From contig JAZRII010000010.1 in NCBI GenBank assembly GCA_045645225.1, positions 19,392 to 83,391 of the forward strand: a stretch of 64,000 nucleotides of DNA, given 5' to 3'. The position numbers and the translations under genes were made by a program. Position 1 is the stretch's first letter, and each line of letters opens with the position of its first letter. Source of the stretch: Bacteroidaceae bacterium. GTDB taxonomy: Bacteria > Bacteroidota > Bacteroidia > Bacteroidales > Bacteroidaceae. Under the pieces are notes generated by a model. That model had not been told where the DNA came from, made no database searches, and was given only the letters and a program-made list of their open reading frames with translations. This document shows positions 27,428-37,170 of this stretch, in pieces.

Positions 27428-29083
27428 ATGACTAAAGTTAGGGAACTTCTCATGGCAGCATTGGGGCTGATGCCCGTTGCCTCCAGCGCTGCTGTCCCCC
27501 AACAGCCTGCGGATGCTGACGGCACACAGGCGCGTCGTCCCAACATTATCTTCATTATGTGCGATGACATGGGATATGGCGACCTCGGCTGCTATGGCCA
27601 ACAATTGATAGAGACCCCCAACCTTGACCGTATGGCCCAGGAGGGAATGCGCTTCACACAGGCCTATGCCGGCAGTCCTGTGAGTGCCCCTTCGCGTGCC
27701 TCGTTCATGACCGGCCAGCACACGGGTCACACCCATGTGCGCGGCAACAGGGAGTACTGGCGTTCCTCGTCCAGGGCCAACATGTATGGCAACAACGCCG
27801 ACTATAGCCTCATTGGCCAGGAACCCTACCTGATGAACCATAAAATCATTCCCGAGGTGATGAAGGAGGCTGGCTACAATACCGGCATGTTCGGCAAGTG
27901 GGCAGGCGGTTACTACAATACCGACCACCCCAATACATATCTCCTTGATGCTAATGGCAACTCCGACACTTCCAAGAGCGGACGCAGCAGCAGTGCATCC
28001 CTGCCCAACAAGCGTGGCGTGGACTGCTATTATGGCTACATCTGCCAGTTCCAGGCGCATACCTATTATCCCAACTTCCTCAACCGCTACGACCCCGAGA
28101 AGTATGGCGACAAGCATGTGGTGGTGGATACATTGAAGCAGAACATTCTTCACAAGGATGTGGCTTCGGGCGACAAAGACTATGAGAACAGAGAACAATA
28201 TGCCAGCGACCTGATTCATAGGTATGCCCTGGATTGGATAGAACGCCAGACGGAGGAAAAACCTTTCATGGGCATATTCACCTACACCTTGCCTCATGCC
28301 GAACTGTGGCAACCCAACGACAGCCTGGTGGCAAAGTACTGTGAACGCTTTAAGGGACAGGATAGTCCCTATGGCGGCAACTTCGGGTCGTGGTACTATC
28401 GCAACTATGCTCGTCATGCCCAGTTTGCCGCCATGGTGAACAGGTTGGATGAGCAGATAGGTGAGATTTTTGACAAACTGAAGGAGAAAGGCTTTGATGA
28501 GAATACACTGGTGATATTTACTTCGGATAACGGACCTCACGAAGAGGGAGGTGCCGACCCTGCATGGTTCAATCGCGACGGGGTGCTGAAGGGCACGAAG
28601 CGTTCTACCCACGAGGGTGGCATACGTGTTCCCTTCATAGCCAAGGGACCTGGCGTACCTGCCGGTTCGGTAAACGACCATCAGTTGGCTTTCTACGACG
28701 TGTTGCCTACCTTGTTGGATTATGCCGGTTTGGATGGCAGTGCCTATAGCCTGAAGTCAAGCACAGAGGAGTGCAGGTATGACGGTATCTCCTTCTGCGA
28801 GACACTGACCGGCAACGACAAGGAGCAGGAGAAGCATGAGTTTCTCTATTGGGAGTTTCACGAAACGAACATGATGGCTCTGCGCATGGGCGACTGGAAA
28901 CTGGTGGTGAAGGGTGGCGCTCCACATCTCTATGACCTCTCAAAGGATATTCACGAGGACAAGGATGTGGCAGGTCAGCATCCCGGTATTGTAGCCAAGA
29001 TGGTAGATATAATACATCGGGAGCACACCGAGAGTACTATGTTCAAGGTTACTTTGCCTACAGAAATTAACGGTGAGCGGTGA
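27428..29083 (+). CDS. Arylsulfatase-family sulfatase, Ser-type active site
   Basis: Signal peptide; metal-site CDDMGYGD; formylglycine motif SAPSRASFMTG with Ser (AGT 27683-27685) at the modified position; last codons GGT GAG CGG TGA lie in a stutter repeat. Confidence 0.92.
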   Translation: MTKVRELLMAALGLMPVASSAAVPQQPADADGTQARRPNIIFIMCDDMGYGDLGCYGQQLIETPNLDRMAQEGMRFTQAYAGSPVSAPSRASFMTGQHTGHTHVRGNREYWRSSSRANMYGNNADYSLIGQEPYLMNHKIIPEVMKEAGYNTGMFGKWAGGYYNTDHPNTYLLDANGNSDTSKSGRSSSASLPNKRGVDCYYGYICQFQAHTYYPNFLNRYDPEKYGDKHVVVDTLKQNILHKDVASGDKDYENREQYASDLIHRYALDWIERQTEEKPFMGIFTYTLPHAELWQPNDSLVAKYCERFKGQDSPYGGNFGSWYYRNYARHAQFAAMVNRLDEQIGEIFDKLKEKGFDENTLVIFTSDNGPHEEGGADPAWFNRDGVLKGTKRSTHEGGIRVPFIAKGPGVPAGSVNDHQLAFYDVLPTLLDYAGLDGSAYSLKSSTEECRYDGISFCETLTGNDKEQEKHEFLYWEFHETNMMALRMGDWKLVVKGGAPHLYDLSKDIHEDKDVAGQHPGIVAKMVDIIHREHTESTMFKVTLPTEINGER

Positions 29084-29099
29084 GCGGATGAGCGGTGAG
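29071..29099 (+). repeat. GGTGAGCGG-word stutter
   Basis: cGGTGAGCGGTGAGCGGATGAGCGGTGAG; supplies the sulfatase stop codon. Confidence 0.8.
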
Positions 29100-29113
29100 T
29101 TTCCCGTTTGCTT

Positions 29114-29159
29114 TGTCCCCCTGAGACAGGGTGGACGAGCGAAGCGGTGGGGGTGGATA
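29114..29159 (+). repeat. Core repeat copy a
   Basis: TGTCCCCCTGAGACAGGGTGGACGAGCGAAGCGGTGGGGGTGGATA. Confidence 0.9.
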
Positions 29160-29225
29160 GTTTCCCGATTTCCGTTCGAATAGTTTTTATCGACTCCATA
29201 CATACAACAAACAACGAAAACAACA

Positions 29226-29849
29226 ATGTTAGAGCCATATTTCAAGCCTGATTGCGTGGAAGCTGGTTGCGATGAGGCAGGGCGCGGATGTCTGGCAGGG
29301 CCAGTGTATGCCGCCGCGGTGATACTGCCTCCCGACATTTGCGAGCGCAATTCGGCGTTGGCACAGGCACTGAACGACTCCAAGCAACTTACCGAGAAGC
29401 GCCGTGCTGCACTGCGTGCCGTAATTGAGCAGGAGGCCCTGGCATGGGCAGTGGTGGCGGTGGACAACAAGGAGATAGACAAGTTGAATATCCTGCGCTC
29501 CAGCATTACCGCCATGCATAGGGCGTTGGACAAACTGCAACTGAGACCGGAAAACATAATAGTGGACGGCAACCGATTCTATCCCTATGGCGATACGCCG
29601 TACACAACCATTGTCAAGGGCGATGCCAAGTATATGAGCATAGCGGCAGCATCCATCCTGGCAAAGACGCATAGGGACGAGTACATGCTCGCCATACACA
29701 AGGAGTATCCCCAGTACAAATGGGATTCCAACAAGGGCTATCCCTCCCCGTTGCACCGTGCTGCAATCAGGGAGCATGGCGCCACGCCATACCATCGCAT
29801 GACTTTCAGCCTGCTTGGTACGCCTCAACTGGAGTTCGACTTCGGTTGA
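29226..29849 (+). CDS. rnhB: Ribonuclease HII
   Basis: GCDEAGRGCLAGPV catalytic block. Confidence 0.93.
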   Translation: MLEPYFKPDCVEAGCDEAGRGCLAGPVYAAAVILPPDICERNSALAQALNDSKQLTEKRRAALRAVIEQEALAWAVVAVDNKEIDKLNILRSSITAMHRALDKLQLRPENIIVDGNRFYPYGDTPYTTIVKGDAKYMSIAAASILAKTHRDEYMLAIHKEYPQYKWDSNKGYPSPLHRAAIREHGATPYHRMTFSLLGTPQLEFDFG

Positions 29850-29859
29850 ACGCATATAT

Positions 29860-29899
29860 AAGAAGAGGTGGCACCAGACATAGGATGCCACCTCTTCTT
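29860..29899. terminator. Bidirectional hairpin terminator
   Basis: Perfect 14-bp stem AAGAAGAGGTGGCA / TGCCACCTCTTCTT between convergent rnhB and trxB. Confidence 0.8.
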
Positions 29900-29917
29900 G
29901 TGTATGTGTGTGCCGTT

Positions 29918-30826
29918 TTACTTCTCCGACAGGTACTTGCGTGCGTCCATGGCAGCATGACAGCCGCTTCCGGCTGCCGAGATGGCCTGGCGATAGATGG
30001 GGTCGGCAACGTCGCCGCAGGCAAACACGCCAGGAATGTTGGTCTCGGTTGTGGGGTGCTTGACGATGATATAGCCCTCGGCATCGCATTCGAGTGCGGG
30101 ACGGAAGACGTCGCTGTTGGGATGATGGCCGATGGCAAGGAACAGACCGTCAATGGGCAGGTCGGTACCGGTTGAAAGATGTGCTCCCTCAACGCCGTCG
30201 GCACCATAGAGTCCACGTACCTGTGTGTTCCACAGAATCTCTATGTTCTCCGTTTCCATAACCTTCTTCTGCATGGCCTCTGAGGCACGGAGCACATCAC
30301 GGCGCACAATCATATACACCTTCTTGCACAGACCGGCCAGGTACTGCGCCTCTTCGCAGGCTGTGTCGCCACCGCCAACTACGGCAACAGTCTTCTTGCG
30401 ATAGAAGAAGCCGTCGCATGTGGCGCATGCGCTCACACCCAAGCCCTGATACTTCTTCTCGTCGTCAAGGCCAAGGTACTTGGCAGATGCTCCGGTGGAG
30501 ATGATTACGGTGTCGGCTTCCACGGTAGTGCCGTCGTCGATGGTAAGAATGTGTGGGCGGCTGCCGTCCATGGAGAAGTCTACGGCGGTGATGGTGCCCA
30601 TGCGTATGTCGGTACCTAAGCGTTCGGCCTGGGCGCGGAGGTCCTCCATCAGTTCATTGCCGGTGGTTCCCTCGGGATAACCGGGAAAGTTGTCTATCTC
30701 TGTGGTTTGTGTCAACTGGCCTCCGGGCTGGTTGCCTTCGTAGAGGACAGGTTCCAGACCGCTTCGGCTGGCATAGATAGCAGCAGTGTAACCTGCAGGA
30801 CCGCTGCCGATGATAACTGTTTTCAT
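29918..30826 (-). CDS. trxB: Thioredoxin-disulfide reductase
   Basis: Redox-active CATCDG, FAD/NADPH GxGxxG/A blocks (GSGPAG, GGGDTACEEA). Confidence 0.95.
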   Translation of the reverse strand: MKTVIIGSGPAGYTAAIYASRSGLEPVLYEGNQPGGQLTQTTEIDNFPGYPEGTTGNELMEDLRAQAERLGTDIRMGTITAVDFSMDGSRPHILTIDDGTTVEADTVIISTGASAKYLGLDDEKKYQGLGVSACATCDGFFYRKKTVAVVGGGDTACEEAQYLAGLCKKVYMIVRRDVLRASEAMQKKVMETENIEILWNTQVRGLYGADGVEGAHLSTGTDLPIDGLFLAIGHHPNSDVFRPALECDAEGYIIVKHPTTETNIPGVFACGDVADPIYRQAISAAGSGCHAAMDARKYLSEK

Positions 30827-30835
30827 ATTGTTATA

Positions 30836-31137
30836 GACCCCTCCCCCAACCCTCCCCTGTATGGGAGGGAGTATATAGTACAGGGAGTTAGGGATTTTGT
30901 TAAGGGGTTAATAGATTTGTTAAAGTTAATATTCATTAGTCGGTTGTAACTACTCCTGTCCTCGCGTCGCAATGGGGATTGCGACCCTCACGAGGCACAG
31001 AAGCACATTGACTTAACCCCCTTCGGGCGCCGAACGTTGTTTCAGTGCTTCTTCTAAAGGCCTCGCTCGCCCATTGGGGAGGGTTGGGGGAGGGGTCCGC
31101 TACTCCCTCCCATACAGGGGAGGGCTGGGGATGGGTC
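30836..31137. repeat. MITE-like element bounded by ~38-nt inverted repeats, no ORF
   Basis: Left GACCCCTCCCCCAACCCTCCCCTGTATGGGAGGGAGTA (30836-30873). Right inverted copy is 31101-31137 (about 33/38 by hand), plus a perfect inverted copy of the outer 22 nt at 31076-31097. Internal 8-bp hairpin GTCGCAAT-GGGG-ATTGCGAC (30966-30985). Confidence 0.7.
30912..30919 (+). promoter_or_regulatory. -7 box TAGATTTG inside the inverted-repeat element, antisense to the flanking genes
   Basis: TAnnTTTG match on the plus strand; both neighbours are minus-strand genes. Confidence 0.3.
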
Positions 31138-31144
31138 CGTTTTT

Positions 31145-32113
31145 TTACAGCTTCCCTCGGTATTTGTCCTCGTCCTTGTCCTCAAGCATGGAAAGGTAAC
31201 TGTTGTAGCGGCTTTGGGCGATATGCTGTTGTTCCAGGGCTTCCAGTACGGCGCAACCGGGTTCATGGGTGTGCGTGCAGTTGCCGAAACGGCAATCCTT
31301 GCTGGTCTGGAATATTTCCCTGAAGTAGTGTCCCACTTCCTCACGCTCCATGTCGAAGGTACCAAAGCCCTTGATGCCGGGAGTGTCGATGATATGGCCT
31401 GTTTCTCCATTGGCAGAGACAGGAAGGTCGAACATTTCAGAGAAGGTGGTGGTATGCATGCCTGTGTCGTGCGAGTCGGATATCTCGGCTGTCTTCACGT
31501 CTAGTCCAGGGATGAGTGCGTTGAGCAATGTGCTTTTGCCTACACCACTGTTGCCGGAGAACAGGGTGGTCTTGCCATTGAGCACTTCACGCAGAGCACC
31601 GATACTGCACAGTCCCTCGTTGTCGTTTAGCGCAGAGACCCCGTAGCATGGATATCCGAGGCCTTCATATAAGTGGAAGAACAGTTTCAGAAGATGCCTG
31701 TCTTCCTCGTCGAGCAGGTCCACCTTGTTGAAGATGATGATGACGGGCACGCGATATGCTTCGGCACTTGCCAGGAAGCGGTCTATGAAGGTAGTGCTTG
31801 TTTCGGGATGCTTCAGTGTGACCACCAGGGCAGCCTGGTCCACGTTGGCCGCTATGATATGGCTCTGCTTGGACAGGTTGGAGGCCTTGCGTATGATGTA
31901 GTTGCGGCGGTCCAGGATTTCCGTTATCATGCCCACCTGTCCGGCATTGGCCTCGGTGGGGACGATGCGCACATTGTCGCCCACGGCAACGGGGTTGGTG
32001 CTTCGTATGCCCTTGAGGCGGAAGTTGCCCTTTACCTTACATTGGAAAAGCTGGCCATCGTCCAGGCGGACGACATACCAGCTTCCTGTGTTCTTGATGA
32101 CAGTTCCTTGCAT
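31145..32113 (-). CDS. rsgA: Ribosome small-subunit-dependent GTPase A
   Basis: [11 protein letters not shown]-loop, NKVDL, zinc cluster [14 protein letters not shown]. Confidence 0.92.
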   Translation of the reverse strand: MQGTVIKNTGSWYVVRLDDGQLFQCKVKGNFRLKGIRSTNPVAVGDNVRIVPTEANAGQVGMITEILDRRNYIIRKASNLSKQSHIIAANVDQAALVVTLKHPETSTTFIDRFLASAEAYRVPVIIIFNKVDLLDEEDRHLLKLFFHLYEGLGYPCYGVSALNDNEGLCSIGALREVLNGKTTLFSGNSGVGKSTLLNALIPGLDVKTAEISDSHDTGMHTTTFSEMFDLPVSANGETGHIIDTPGIKGFGTFDMEREEVGHYFREIFQTSKDCRFGNCTHTHEPGCAVLEALEQQHIAQSRYNSYLSMLEDKDEDKYRGKL

Positions 32114-32673
32114 CAGACGGTCATGATTTCTTTTTCCTTGTTGGCCAGAAGTTCCTCAACCTTCTTGATGTACTTGTCGTGCATCTTCTGGAGGTCGTTC
32201 TCGGCATCCTTCTCAAGGTCTTCGGAAAGACCATCCTTGATAGCCTTCTTCAGTTTGTCGTTGGTGTCGCGGCGTGCGTTGCGGACACTCACCTTGGCCT
32301 GCTCGCACTCCTTGCCGCACTGCTTCACAAGCTGCTTGCGTCGCTCCTCAGTCAGTGGGGGGATGGTCAGGCGGATAATCTCGCCATTGTTGTCGGGGGT
32401 AATGCCGACATCACTGTCCATGATGGCCTTTTCAATGGCTCGGAACATGCTCTTGTCCCAAGGCTTGATGGCGATGGTGCGGGCATCGGGGGTGTTGACA
32501 CTTGCCACGTTGTTCAGGGGAACAAGGCTGCCGTAGCTGTCCACACGGATGCCGTCCAGAATCTTCACGTTTGCCTTGCCGGCGCGGATGTGTGCCAGTG
32601 CCTCGTCAAGGTACATTACGGCCTCTTCCATCTTCTCCTCTGCATCGGCGAGGGTAACTTTAACGTCAATCAT
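32113..32673 (-). CDS. frr: Ribosome recycling factor
   Basis: 186-aa ORF with typical Frr sequence; stop overlaps rsgA start (TGATG). Confidence 0.95.
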   Translation of the reverse strand: MIDVKVTLADAEEKMEEAVMYLDEALAHIRAGKANVKILDGIRVDSYGSLVPLNNVASVNTPDARTIAIKPWDKSMFRAIEKAIMDSDVGITPDNNGEIIRLTIPPLTEERRKQLVKQCGKECEQAKVSVRNARRDTNDKLKKAIKDGLSEDLEKDAENDLQKMHDKYIKKVEELLANKEKEIMTV

Positions 32674-32708
32674 AATATCTTTTGTCTTTAATTATATCAA
32701 ATCCAGAG

Positions 32709-32716
32709 CAAAAGTA
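32709..32716 (-). promoter_or_regulatory. -7 box TACTTTTG (minus strand)
   Basis: Plus strand CAAAAGTA, 36 nt upstream of ATG 32673. Confidence 0.5.
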
Positions 32717-32770
32717 GGATAATTATTCTAAAAATGCAAGTGTAAGCGCCGCTTTTGTTGGGTACGGGCA

Positions 32771-33286
32771 TTATTTTTCTTCAGTTTCGGTTGGTGTGGA
32801 CGTTACCTCGGGCATGGCGGTGAATTTTAGGTCGAGATATTCCTCGCTGCCGACGCACCATATGTATCTGGCGTCTACCTTTACTCCGGCTCTGACAAGT
32901 TCCTGGGTAATCGGCTGGTGCGACAGGGGATATGCCTCCTGTATCATCTGCATGCTGTTGCTGAAAGACTTGTAGAAGGCCTCTTCCGCATGGATGGGGC
33001 TTTCGTAAAGGTTCTTTGTGCTGTCTGTGTTTTCTGTAAAATGTTTTTCAGCGTTGATTACGGTTGCATGCCAGATGGTGCGTACTTCCAGCGCACTCAT
33101 TGTAACGGTGTCCTCGCCGGTGCAGTACTGGATGTCCTGTATCTTGTCGTCGTTGTGGTATGTGTTCTCCTTAAGGCGTACCTCGTTTGGAAGCATGTCC
33201 TTGTATTCGTTTTTGCATGCCGTGTTGCATATGGCAAACATGATGCCTGTAGCGATGACCAGAAGGTGTAGGAAGATTTTTTTCAT
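32771..33286 (-). CDS. Small lipoprotein, function unknown
   Basis: Signal/lipobox ...FAICNTAC; 171 aa. Confidence 0.65.
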   Translation of the reverse strand: MKKIFLHLLVIATGIMFAICNTACKNEYKDMLPNEVRLKENTYHNDDKIQDIQYCTGEDTVTMSALEVRTIWHATVINAEKHFTENTDSTKNLYESPIHAEEAFYKSFSNSMQMIQEAYPLSHQPITQELVRAGVKVDARYIWCVGSEEYLDLKFTAMPEVTSTPTETEEK

Positions 33287-33338
33287 GATTGTTAGTATAA
33301 ATTTATGTAGAACTCTTGGGGTGTTGGCGTTTCTGTTG

Positions 33339-34217
33339 TTAGTTAAGTTGCGATGCTTTGCGCAGGTGCTGTGGCGAGAAGCCTGTCTCGCGTCTTATGA
33401 AGGAACCGAAATGGGACTGGTTGACGAACCCCAATTGGATGGCGATTTGCTTTATGCTTAGTTCCGGATCCTTGAGGAGCAGTTTTGCCATATTGGTTAT
33501 TTCCTCGCAGATGAGCGTGCTTGCCGTCTTGCCGGAAACCTGCTTGCAAATGGAGTTGAAGTATTTGGGCGTTATGTTCAGTTTGTCGGCATAGAACTGC
33601 ACGGTGCGTCCGTCGGGGTGCTCTTTCAGCAACCTTATGAATTTGCCGAACAGCGCCTCGGCAGATGTCATCTTGTCTCTTTTGGGCACTTGTCCCCTGT
33701 GGAAGAACAGACCGGCAAAGGCGTAGGAGAAGGCTTGTAGTATTCGGGACACGCATTCCTCCCTGACCTCGTCGTGTGCCATGTGGTTGAAGGAGGAAAT
33801 GAGCTTGTAGAATCCCTGTATCATATCCTGCTCTTCTGTGGTGAGGTGCAGAACGTCGGCACGGTTGTGTACCAGATAATGGGACAGACTCATGTGTGTG
33901 CCCTTGAGTATGTCGTTTACGTGTTCGGACGAAATGATGAATATCTGACTTCGGAAGTCTATGCTCACCATTCCTTTTTGCAGGATATTGCCTGGGGAAC
34001 AGATTAGCATGTCACCACCGGTCATGGAGAGCTCCTTCTCGTTTATTGTCCCCTTGCACCACCCTTCGTTTATAAGGATAATAATGAATGACTCATTCTG
34101 TATGGTCTCCTGGGTGTGCTGGACCTGATGTACATTATTTAATAGTGCAATGTACTTGTCATGGTAGTCAAGATGCAGCTCCTGTGTTGCTGCAGTGCTG
34201 AGATTTACCTTTTTCAT
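33339..34217 (-). CDS. AraC-family transcriptional regulator
   Basis: Trimmed to ATG 34215-34217 (MKKVNLST...); C-terminal double HTH (LNITPKYFNSICKQ..., IAIQLGFVNQSHFGSFIRRETGFSP). Confidence 0.85.
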   Translation of the reverse strand: MKKVNLSTAATQELHLDYHDKYIALLNNVHQVQHTQETIQNESFIIILINEGWCKGTINEKELSMTGGDMLICSPGNILQKGMVSIDFRSQIFIISSEHVNDILKGTHMSLSHYLVHNRADVLHLTTEEQDMIQGFYKLISSFNHMAHDEVREECVSRILQAFSYAFAGLFFHRGQVPKRDKMTSAEALFGKFIRLLKEHPDGRTVQFYADKLNITPKYFNSICKQVSGKTASTLICEEITNMAKLLLKDPELSIKQIAIQLGFVNQSHFGSFIRRETGFSPQHLRKASQLN

Positions 34218-34221
34218 ACCG

Positions 34222-34229
34222 CAAAGATA
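34222..34229 (-). promoter_or_regulatory. -7 box TATCTTTG 4 nt before the araC-family ATG (leaderless arrangement)
   Basis: Minus strand reads tatctttg-cggt-ATG. Confidence 0.5.
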
Positions 34230-34381
34230 TGGAAAAGTGTTTGAAAGTGCGGTAAAAATAAACATAATTTAACGGACAGCATGTATTATAGAACAATTTG
34301 TATATCCTATATAGGCGGGTAGTGCCAATTCGGCAAGGTGTTAGGATATGTGAAAACGCTTGGCGTTTGTAATATAATTTG

Positions 34382-34389
34382 TATCTTTG
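34382..34389 (+). promoter_or_regulatory. -7 box TATCTTTG
   Basis: 51 nt upstream of ATG 34440. Confidence 0.5.
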
Positions 34390-34439
34390 TGCAGCGAGAG
34401 CCGCGAATGGCACTCACAAATAATAAAGGAGAAGGTGAA

Positions 34440-35603
34440 ATGACATATTTTATCATAGCCGGAGAAGCCAGTGGCGACTTGCATGCCAGGCACCTGATGG
34501 ATGCCATAAGGACCAAGGACCCGGGAGCGGTAATCCGCTATTGGTATCGTCCGGAACTGGCATATATGGGGTTTGTCTCTGTGCTGATGCATCTGCCTGA
34601 GATTCTTCAGGGAATGAAGGAGTGCCGCAAGGCTATACAGGAATCATGCCCCGACAGGTTGATTCTGGTGGATTATCCCGGCTTTAACCTTAAGATAGCG
34701 GCATGGTTTCATAAGGCTGTTGTACGCCCATGCAGGCTTAAGGGAGATGTATGCCCAGAGGTGGTCTACTATATTCCGCCCAAGATATGGGCCTGGAAGG
34801 AGGGCAGGATAGCACAGATACGCAAATATGTGGACAAGGTCCTGAGCATCCTGCCGTTTGAGGTGGAGTGGTATGCGGACAAATACGGTTACCATGTGGA
34901 TTATGTGGGTAACCCTACTTTGGATGAAATAACGCTTTTTCTTGCGTCATCGTCAAGTGACAAGGCCGGGAAGTGGCAGGCATCGCTGGGCATTTCTGGT
35001 TCGGCAAAGGTGGTTGCCCTGTTGCCGGGAAGCCGCAGACAGGAAATAGAGAGCAATCTGCCCATGATGCTGCAGGCTGCTGATGCTGCGGGTGGAGATT
35101 TCTGTTATGTGATTGCTTCAGCCCCCGATATACCCAAGGAATTCTATGATAATGTGATTGATGCGGCATTGGAGCATAGCTCTTCCCGGCTCCGAGACAT
35201 GGTGGTGCTTGCACCTTGTCGGGGCAGTTGGAGCAGCTTTATGCTTTTGCAGAATGCCCATGCGGCATTGGTGACAAGCGGAACGGCTACGCTGGAAACC
35301 GCTATAATGGGCGTGCCTCAGGTGGTGTGCTATGCCATGAGATGCGGCAGGCTTGTCTCGTTTCTCAGGCGTTTCCTGCTCAAGGTGCCGTATGTGTCGC
35401 TTGTGAATCTGGTTGTCGGGCACGAGGTGGTGCCGGAACTGGTGGCGGGGGAACTCACGCAAGCCGCGCTGGACAAGTGCTTTTCGCAGATATTGCTTGA
35501 TGAAGAGTGCAGGTTTGCCCAAAGAAGTGGTTATGATGAACTGATGAGACGTCTTGGGCAGCCTGGCGCCCCAGAGAGGGCAGCGTCCAAAATAGTGAAG
35601 TAA
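34440..35603 (+). CDS. lpxB: Lipid-A-disaccharide synthase
   Basis: Trimmed to ATG 34440 (MTYFIIAGEASGDLHA), downstream of the promoter box; LpxB-typical N-terminus. Confidence 0.9.
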   Translation: MTYFIIAGEASGDLHARHLMDAIRTKDPGAVIRYWYRPELAYMGFVSVLMHLPEILQGMKECRKAIQESCPDRLILVDYPGFNLKIAAWFHKAVVRPCRLKGDVCPEVVYYIPPKIWAWKEGRIAQIRKYVDKVLSILPFEVEWYADKYGYHVDYVGNPTLDEITLFLASSSSDKAGKWQASLGISGSAKVVALLPGSRRQEIESNLPMMLQAADAAGGDFCYVIASAPDIPKEFYDNVIDAALEHSSSRLRDMVVLAPCRGSWSSFMLLQNAHAALVTSGTATLETAIMGVPQVVCYAMRCGRLVSFLRRFLLKVPYVSLVNLVVGHEVVPELVAGELTQAALDKCFSQILLDEECRFAQRSGYDELMRRLGQPGAPERAASKIVK

Positions 35604-35639
35604 ACACAATGATGTATAACTGACAAGACCAAGAAAGTT

Positions 35640-37031
35640 ATGTCTGTATTTCAAGAATTAAGGCGCCGGTTGGCGGATATCCTGAGTTTTGGCGACGACC
35701 TGGCTCCGGAGAAGGAGACAATAGCAAGGATAGAGGAAAGTGTGGATTTCCGTGGAGCAAAACTGTGGGTGCTGGTGCTGGCGATTTTTGTAGCGTCCTT
35801 GGGACTGAACACGAATAGTGCTGCAGTCATCATCGGTGCCATGCTTATTTCCCCCTTGATGGGACCTATTATCGGAATGGGCCTGGGTATAGGAATAAAC
35901 GACTTCATGCTCTTCAAGCGTGCTGCCAAGAATTATCTTGTCGCCACCTTGTTCAGTGTGGCAACGGCTACGGTTTATTTTCTTCTTACTCCCTTGGACG
36001 AGGTGCAGTCGGAATTGCTTGCCCGTACCTCGCCCACCATATACGACGTGGGCATTGCCCTGTGCGGCGGTCTGGCAGGTATAGTTGCACTGGGAAGCAG
36101 AAGCCAGCGTATGGGCAATGTCGTTCCCGGTGTGGCCATAGCCACGGCTCTGATGCCACCTCTCTGCACAGTGGGTTTTGGCCTGGGTACGGGAAACTGG
36201 CTGTTTGCGGCAGGTGCGCTGTACCTGTATCTGATAAACACTATCTTCATCTCTTTGGCCACCTTCCTGGGGGTTACGTTTGTTATGCGCTTCCCCAAAA
36301 AGGTGTTTGTGGATAAGGAACGTGAGAAGAGGGTGAAGCACATCATCACCTTTATCAGCGTGATTACTATTATCCCGAGTATCTACATAACTTTCCAAAT
36401 GGTACAGGAGACGGTGTTCAATGAACGTTGTCATGATTTCTGTAGGGAGGTCTTTCAGGATGAGGCTTCAAAGGTGATATCTCAGGATATAGACTATGGC
36501 AAGCGCACGTTGAGGGTGGTGATGCTCGGCGAAGAGGTGGACAGTGCACAGGTGGAGGCAATGAAGTCTATGCTTCCGCAGTATGGCCTGGAAGGGGTGA
36601 AACTGGATATTGTACAGAACAGTCCCGGTGTTGATATAGAAAGTGTCCGTGGCATGATATTTACGGAACGCAACAAGACGCTGGCCACGCAAAGGCAGTT
36701 GGCGGAAAACGAACGTGAAATAAGGCTATTGCGCGACAGTATGGAATTGTACGGACAATCCTTGGCCCTGTCTCGTGTCCTGCTGCCGGAATTGACAGCA
36801 TTGTTCCCCGATGTCCATTCGGTATCTACTGGCAGGGGCGTGCATACTTACTGGGCAGATTCTGTAATGCGCGACAGTTCGGTATATGTGGTAAACGTGG
36901 TTTTGTCCAATGGAATGAAACCGGAGGAAGAGCAGCGCATGAACGCATGGCTTAGGATGCGTCTTGGACGTGATGATGTTCAGGTTGTTGTAGCCAATGA
37001 CGGCAGGGTAGGGGAAACTGCCAAAAAATAA
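35640..37031 (+). CDS. DUF389/TIGR00341-like integral membrane protein
   Basis: Multiple TM helices, MLISPLMGPIIGMG block; soluble C-terminal half. Confidence 0.8.
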   Translation: MSVFQELRRRLADILSFGDDLAPEKETIARIEESVDFRGAKLWVLVLAIFVASLGLNTNSAAVIIGAMLISPLMGPIIGMGLGIGINDFMLFKRAAKNYLVATLFSVATATVYFLLTPLDEVQSELLARTSPTIYDVGIALCGGLAGIVALGSRSQRMGNVVPGVAIATALMPPLCTVGFGLGTGNWLFAAGALYLYLINTIFISLATFLGVTFVMRFPKKVFVDKEREKRVKHIITFISVITIIPSIYITFQMVQETVFNERCHDFCREVFQDEASKVISQDIDYGKRTLRVVMLGEEVDSAQVEAMKSMLPQYGLEGVKLDIVQNSPGVDIESVRGMIFTERNKTLATQRQLAENEREIRLLRDSMELYGQSLALSRVLLPELTALFPDVHSVSTGRGVHTYWADSVMRDSSVYVVNVVLSNGMKPEEEQRMNAWLRMRLGRDDVQVVVANDGRVGETAKK

Positions 37032-37055
37032 CACCTGCCTCATCGTGGCAGGTGT
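37031..37055 (+). terminator. Hairpin after the DUF389 gene (weak terminator)
   Basis: 9-bp stem ACACCTGCC/GGCAGGTGT; no clean T run. Confidence 0.35.
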
Positions 37056-37103
37056 ATGGAGTTTCTGCTGTGGAGTTATTGTTTCTTTCTTTTTGAGTTT
37101 TGT

Positions 37104-37170
37104 CCCGCTCATCCGCTCACCGCTCATCCGCTCACCGTTCATCCGCTCACCGTTCACCGCTCATCCGCTC
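37104..37170 (+). repeat. CCGCTCA(C/T)C-word stutter, about 9-nt period
   Basis: cccgctcatccgctcaccgctcatccgctcaccgttcatccgctcaccgttcaccgctcatccgctc; overlaps the surE 3' end. Confidence 0.85.
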
